Shown here: in pieces, positions 62,601-64,000 of the stretch | Position numbering within the stretch: position 1 is the first letter of the stretch | Layout of the letters: every line of letters begins with the position of its first letter | DNA from: Bugula neritina | Taxonomy: Eukaryota; Animalia; Bryozoa | Direction: 5' to 3' | Assembly: GCA_964035545.1 (NCBI GenBank) | Contig: OZ037765.1 | Location: 4,412,698-4,476,697, forward strand | DNA: 64,000 nt | Notes under the pieces: generated by a model | Told to the model about the DNA's origin: nothing | The model's database searches: none | Seen by the model: the letters and a program-made list of their open reading frames with translations, nothing else | Translations under genes and position numbers: made by a program

Positions 62601-63827
62601 TATTACACAAAACTTTATTTTTATTTTATTAGCTGAATTATAAGTGTAAGAATTTTCATCAGTTTCAGCTTCATTAAGAGTTAGAATATGAATATTTTTA
62701 TCCAATTTTTATTACAATTTCTAATCAATTCAAAGGTATAGGATTTATTTTGGCTAAAGGTAATTTTACTAATCAAAGTAATGAAGAATATATCATTTTA
62801 TTTCTGCCGGGGCAAAACAGATCAGAATATTTGCATATCAAATATAAGAAAATTGAGAGACAAAACTACTGTTTAAAATATGAACAGTATGTACATACCA
62901 GCAGAGTAAGTTAGGTGTACATTTCAACACATTATGTCATTTTTGGTGAAGTTTACCGACTCCTAAGTCACACCTGTCTGAAGAAATAGCTTACCTGATT
63001 TTTGTATTTTAATGTTTAAACTATCAATTGTTTTTTCAAGCTGTAAGTTTTTATCTCTTAGTATTTTGTTCTCAGCTCTGCACTCATGAAGAAGTTTAGA
63101 TACTGTCTGTAGACCGTCATTTCTAAGTCTAAAATTTGTTTAATAAATCATAGAGTGAAATTTCCCGTAAGATTAGCAATGAATAAAACATCTGAAATTA
63201 TAAACTGAATTCAAACTGCTGAAGTTGCTATTTAAAAGAAATGGTTTTTATATAAAACATTATATTAAGGCACCTGAACACTGATAATAGTTTAATAGTG
63301 TCAACATGAATAATATTATATTAAGACACTTGAATGCTGATAATAGTTTATTACTCAAGACAACAGAGAAATTTACTAGTATTCCTGATAGAAACTACAC
63401 CACACTGCTACTCTTTGGTATCAACTCCGTGCACCTGGTTTTCAACTACTACCCAAGTTTATTTTATCACTGATTAACAGTAGTGAAGAAATTTTAATGA
63501 TCTAACTTCCTTAATTGTTTAACATTTTGGTTTAGGAAACACATAAATTTGTTGTTAAATTTCTAATCTAGAAAACAAGCTTTTCCTAATTTCTCCATTA
63601 CTGCACTTACCTTGAGAGGTTATGGTTGATAGTAAACGCATTCAACATGAAATCTAATTAATCCAACTTTAACAGTGAGCATGTCTTATCCAATAGCTTA
63701 CTTTTCACTTTGATATGAATTGGGAATACAACAGATAAATATTCAGACAGATAAGCAGACGTTACCTGTTGGGTTCTGTACCTAGAAGCATCAGAGTCTC
63801 AAACTGGTTGTCAGAAAGACTACTCAT
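59644..63827 (-). CDS. UBAN coiled-coil protein with C-terminal CCHC zinc finger, TNIP2/ABIN-2-like (NEMO/optineurin family)
   Basis: Coiled-coil exons (approximately 63128-62995, 62474-62274, 61916-61733, 61319-61135, 60786-60673, 60480-60282, 60009-59644). UBAN QQLKVYEGDFRRERQERERL; terminal CYKC...HLDICTGT*. The 5' end is uncertain and may lie outside the window. Confidence 0.75.
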
Positions 63828-64000
63828 AACAGAAAGGGAATGGCAGCAGAAGGCAGCGTAGAAACAGGGTCAGAGTGGCAGCTTAGATAGGAGTGTAGAG
63901 TGACAGCGTAACAACTTGTAGCAGATAGGCAAACCAACAGTTGAATGAAAAATCCTGATGCAATGCCAAGATGCGAAGATAATGAAACAGCAATCAAGCT

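Overview
AT-rich, gene-dense animal (invertebrate, lophotrochozoan-like by inference) nuclear DNA with short GT-AG introns, so the ORF track shows only exon fragments. Genes reconstructed by hand: TRAF7 (+, 5' part outside the window), a C2orf81/DUF4639-like gene (-), WIPI1/2-type PROPPIN (+), RNF4 (-), an orphan 181-aa ORF (-), CRK/CRKL (-), ENTPD4/7 (-), RPS13 (-), E4F1 (+) and a UBAN/zinc-finger TNIP2-like gene (-). Repeats: five copies of a tRNA-Thr-derived SINE, a hAT-type MITE and many intronic minisatellites. The main unexplained structure is a set of degenerate 3/6-bp-periodic (TAN/TNA)n domains of 0.3-1.1 kb. They occupy the first intron of each of the seven conserved genes whose 5' end lies in the window, I saw none in internal introns, and they contain perfect or near-perfect fold-back palindromes with arms up to ~145 bp. 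Other observations: minisatellites that hug or duplicate splice sites, an 18-bp array made of RFX X-box-like motifs, a coding-looking ORF nested in the C2orf81-like intron, and a candidate poison exon or H/ACA RNA in RPS13 intron 1. No database searches were run; all homology calls come from motif recognition.
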